Under the pieces are notes generated by a model that saw only the letters and a program-made list of their open reading frames with translations, was not told where the DNA came from and searched no databases. Shown here in pieces: positions 61,901 to 64,000 of a stretch of 64,000 nt of DNA (positions are counted from its first letter, which is position 1; the number at the start of each line of letters is the position of its first letter). A program made the position numbers and the translations under genes. The DNA lies in NCBI GenBank assembly GCA_963924565.1, contig OZ004613.1, positions 22,506,001 through 22,570,000 of the forward strand, read 5' to 3'. Source of the DNA: Ascidiella aspersa. Taxonomy: Eukaryota.

Positions 61901-63862
61901 ATAAAAGTCTCTGAAGTGCCGAACGGAAATGAATAGACATATGTCCCAAATTATATATATTGGAAGGGAAAGGTGAAAATTAAACGAACTTTTTAGCAGT
62001 CTCTCTAACGACTAATGACATAGCCCCAGAGGCATAAAAAGATAAGAAACAAACAATTTGTCAAGAACCTGAATATGTACCCCCTAAAAACGTAGAATAA
62101 TGCCTGATTTGTTCGTACGAGAGTATCAAGTTTGGCATTAGCAGGATTACGTCGGTTTTTCCCAGTTTTCCAAAAAGAAAATCCTTATTAATCCAATCAC
62201 AGGAAATCGACCTCCGAACGTTTTACCGAGCGTTTGACGACACCAAAGCGTTTTTATATTCTAACAACTACGTTGTAGCTTGATGTTCGAGAGCCACTAC
62301 GCGTTTAACGCCTTTAGAGGCAAAACCTTAAGGTTGTAGCTGTACTATATTGGACAATATTACTTAACAAAATAACGCCAAACTTCCTAAAATACAGGCC
62401 GCACTGCGAAGACGGGAAGGCAGCTCGTCCAGCGCTTCACAACACCAACAAGCAACGACGCAAAGCAAGGCAAACGGCACCATCCTGGTCCACCTGAAGG
62501 GCAACGACGAGCAGGGAGCCGGTCCGGGTCGCCAGTCTCCCGTTTCCATGACGATAAGTCACGACCCGTCGGCAGGTGGCGCCACACCGACGTTCCGCAT
62601 CGTTCGCGACGCCAAGACCGGATCGTCGCAGATCGAGACTAGCGTAAGCGAGAGCAAGAAGGGAATCAACATCAAGATGACTGGCGGGAGGCCGAAAGGT
62701 ATACAGCGGGGCTGTTGGGAGCCGTTCGATTTTCCTTTCCACTATTGCTGTACTAAAATAATATTACATTTAACTATTCACAATCAATTTAGGTTAAATC
62801 GCAATTTATTCTCATAAGAATGCAAATTGCGAATATTTCTGTGCTATTTTTAATAGGTTTTGGCTTTTGGGAAAAAAATCACCAGCAAGTCGTTTCGACC
62901 GAAAGTTTTAATTCCAATTCTTTGGTTCCGACTAAAAGACTAAAAAAGTTGCAACTTAAAATCTTAAAATACACAAATTCAACAAGGCGTCGCATTGCAA
63001 ACAACCAAGCCACAATTATTTTTCTACTTTTAGAGTCAGCAACGTCCACCAAACCTCCCACGTCTGCCGGGACAAAGACAGGCTCGAAATCAGTATCGGG
63101 CCAGAAAGTAACCAGCAGAGTTACCGTTCATCCTACGCCGTCTTCCAAAGCGCGCACCACCACTGGGAAAATCGCATCTCAGGTAGAGTTTTTATAATTC
63201 CGTGTGTTTTTTTTATAACAAATACTGGCCAAAATAAAATGGAAAGGCGGTGATTAGCCTTGTAATAATAATTGGATTACGTTTGGCAACTAAAATGTCG
63301 GCCATTCCTAATTACTATATGTATGAACTTTAGAGTTTGAATACAGAATCAGTTCAACAAAGTGCTCGCTTTGCGTCTGAGATTCACTTTTGCTGGAGGT
63401 TAATTGACTGTATTTTATGACGTCATTACATTCATTATTATATGACATCATTACCGTCACTATTTTATGACGCCATTACCCCTTAACGTTAGACGAAAAA
63501 TGGTAGAATTTTTTAAGTTAAAAATTCGCAATTTACCCTTTAGTTTCTGGATAGTCCAATGGAAGACTCACAATATTACGTGATTAAATGCCTTTCATTC
63601 TGTCGTTTTTTACGGCTATTCAATTATAATACTCACATTACTCGAAATACATTTGCATTTTTATTTGGTTGCTAAACCACCAGTCATTTAACCAATTCTC
63701 AAACTTGCTGTGCAGGTAACGCGACGCCCTTCAATCTCACCAACAAGGATACCCAAGCTTCGGGGAAATACCCAGTCGCCTTTGCCCCCTTCTTCAACCG
63801 CCTCACCCAACCTGACAACGAGGCTGTCCCGTTCCGCCACCAAAACGCCCAGCCCGAGATAG
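46922..63862 (+). CDS. FILIP1L: Filamin A-interacting protein 1 / FILIP1-like orthologue (CortBP2 N-terminal domain + long coiled coil + low-complexity tail), ~1014 aa
   Basis: Exons 46922-47020, 47853-47913, 49275-49551, 50378-50495, 52154-52298, 53834-53931, 54297-54428, 55037-55195, 55825-56016, 56869-57084, 58165-58356, 59306-59464, 60083-60235, 60655-60753, 60833-60949, 61311-61541, 62398-62698, 63034-63182, 63716-63862(TAG) join in frame. [77 protein letters not shown] and PTRIP match recalled FILIP1/FILIP1L. Likely co-orthologous to both; the first exon is the least certain. Confidence 0.88.
47853..47913 (+). CDS. FILIP1L: FILIP exon 2
   Basis: cctttag|VPNEIDTGTVRKHKKKHADS|gtaacg. Confidence 0.7.
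48735..49038. mobile_element. MITE with TAG-starting TIRs and CCGATA subterminal repeats; short relative at ~59714-59831
   Basis: taggggtcgatcgata ... tatcgttctatctcta; many ccgata/tatcgg hexamers. Confidence 0.65.
49275..49551 (+). CDS. FILIP1L: FILIP exon 3 (start of CortBP2 domain)
   Basis: [28 protein letters not shown]. Confidence 0.93.
50378..50495 (+). CDS. FILIP1L: FILIP exon 4
   Basis: YGLTTQPMRALQRDA...LKKIIQ. Confidence 0.9.
52154..52298 (+). CDS. FILIP1L: FILIP exon 5
   Basis: HQKESYKRL...[21 protein letters not shown]. Confidence 0.93.
53834..53931 (+). CDS. FILIP1L: FILIP exon 6
   Basis: EHDRERLKQILEQEK... Confidence 0.9.
54297..54428 (+). CDS. FILIP1L: FILIP exon 7
   Basis: DELSRLKSLSLELVEERQ... 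Confidence 0.9.
55037..55195 (+). CDS. FILIP1L: FILIP exon 8
   Basis: ...QSNKFYRENEELTAKLVAEENKTQQLEEK. Confidence 0.9.
55825..56016 (+). CDS. FILIP1L: FILIP exon 9
   Basis: ...KNLRKTDDQLWRIKEKL...EEVELLRNTVSDM. Confidence 0.9.
56869..57084 (+). CDS. FILIP1L: FILIP exon 10
   Basis: AQDECRELRVALESE...EVERLRK. Confidence 0.88.
57295..57712. mobile_element. MITE-like element with TTCTAATCTAATTT internal repeats
   Basis: cagac..caactagat / atctagttgaccaagtctg ends; repeated ctaatctaattt. Confidence 0.55.
58165..58356 (+). CDS. FILIP1L: FILIP exon 11
   Basis: Coiled coil, phase 0-0, cacag|...|gtgcgt. Confidence 0.87.
58492..58645 (+). mobile_element. tRNA-derived SINE
   Basis: A box TAGCTCAGTTGG, B box GTTCGAACC, no proper acceptor or anticodon arm; ~80-nt non-tRNA tail shared with 61608-61757. 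Confidence 0.85.
58779..59145. mobile_element. Second copy of the GACTT-rich hAT MITE
   Basis: cagtgttgtaatgactt ... aaatgacttgtttacaacac; shared internal ttttattagtttaaa.gtt. Confidence 0.8.
59306..59464 (+). CDS. FILIP1L: FILIP exon 12
   Basis: [22 protein letters not shown]. Confidence 0.9.
60083..60235 (+). CDS. FILIP1L: FILIP exon 13
   Basis: ...LKKQVAMLKTRLDRLEDD...; phase 0-0. Confidence 0.85.
60655..60753 (+). CDS. FILIP1L: FILIP exon 14 (alternative acceptor at 60661 possible)
   Basis: ttag|CTC CAG ATT...TCG|gttagt. Confidence 0.75.
60833..60949 (+). CDS. FILIP1L: FILIP exon 15
   Basis: TLEIANDNLKKEVALLEERLQGE. Confidence 0.8.
61311..61541 (+). CDS. FILIP1L: FILIP exon 16
   Basis: GVAMSNIATQT... 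Ser/Thr/Arg-rich; |gtaaga. Confidence 0.8.
61608..61757 (-). mobile_element. tRNA-derived SINE (inverted copy)
   Basis: Reverse complement ctagctcagttggtagagcgacggttccggtatggtcggaggtcgtaagctcgaacctcac...atcattgatcgacagattcgg. Confidence 0.85.
62398..62698 (+). CDS. FILIP1L: FILIP exon 17
   Basis: ...SPVSMTISH...FRIVRD...KGINIKM. Confidence 0.82.
63034..63182 (+). CDS. FILIP1L: FILIP exon 18
   Basis: ...[12 protein letters not shown]... Confidence 0.82.
63716..63862 (+). CDS. FILIP1L: FILIP terminal exon
   Basis: tgcag|VTRRPSISPTRIPKLRG...PSPR*. Confidence 0.82.
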   Translation, partial: VTRRPSISPTRIPKLRGNTQSPLPPSSTASPNLTTRLSRSATKTPSPR

Positions 63863-64000
63863 AAGGCTAACGATCTTGACGGGAATGGGGCTATGAAACT
63901 TGAAAAGTTGTCTGGCGAATTTTTGTCATCGTTTAATTATGTACCAAGCGCTTAATGCCCGGGTTGGTAAGTTATGAAATACGCGAAATATGAGTTTTAA

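Noticed and set aside
63660-63700. CMSS1 exon 1 candidate (ENWLNDWW on - strand)
   Set aside because: No nearby in-frame Met or donor, and it overlaps the FILIP acceptor; a chance WW.

Overview
AT-rich, intron-rich eukaryotic (animal) DNA, not prokaryotic. The gene content (CMSS1 plus a single FILIP1/FILIP1L-type gene) and compact introns suggest an invertebrate chordate such as an ascidian, which is inference only. Four spliced genes can be assembled by hand with GT-AG sites and consistent phases. (1) The 3' part of a + strand LCCL-repeat protein (1-4347). (2) CMSS1 on the - strand (coding exons 36900 down to 5360; canonical first exon not found). (3) A ~714-aa type I membrane protein (signal peptide, LDLa x4, TSP1-like, mucin stalk, TM, cytoplasmic tail; 18501-8462, -) lying entirely inside a 21.9-kb CMSS1 intron on the SAME strand. 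(4) A ~1014-aa FILIP1/FILIP1L orthologue (+, 46922-63862) antisense to and upstream of CMSS1 exon 2, resembling the vertebrate CMSS1/FILIP1L arrangement. Introns hold hAT-type MITEs with 8-bp TSDs, foldback elements, an inverted pair of tRNA-derived SINEs, decayed duplicates of CMSS1 splice sites, and inverted repeats carrying minimal hammerhead-ribozyme motifs of the Penelope-like type. Most ORFs in the supplied track are spurious or are exon read-throughs. All homology calls are from recall of family sequences, not from database searches.
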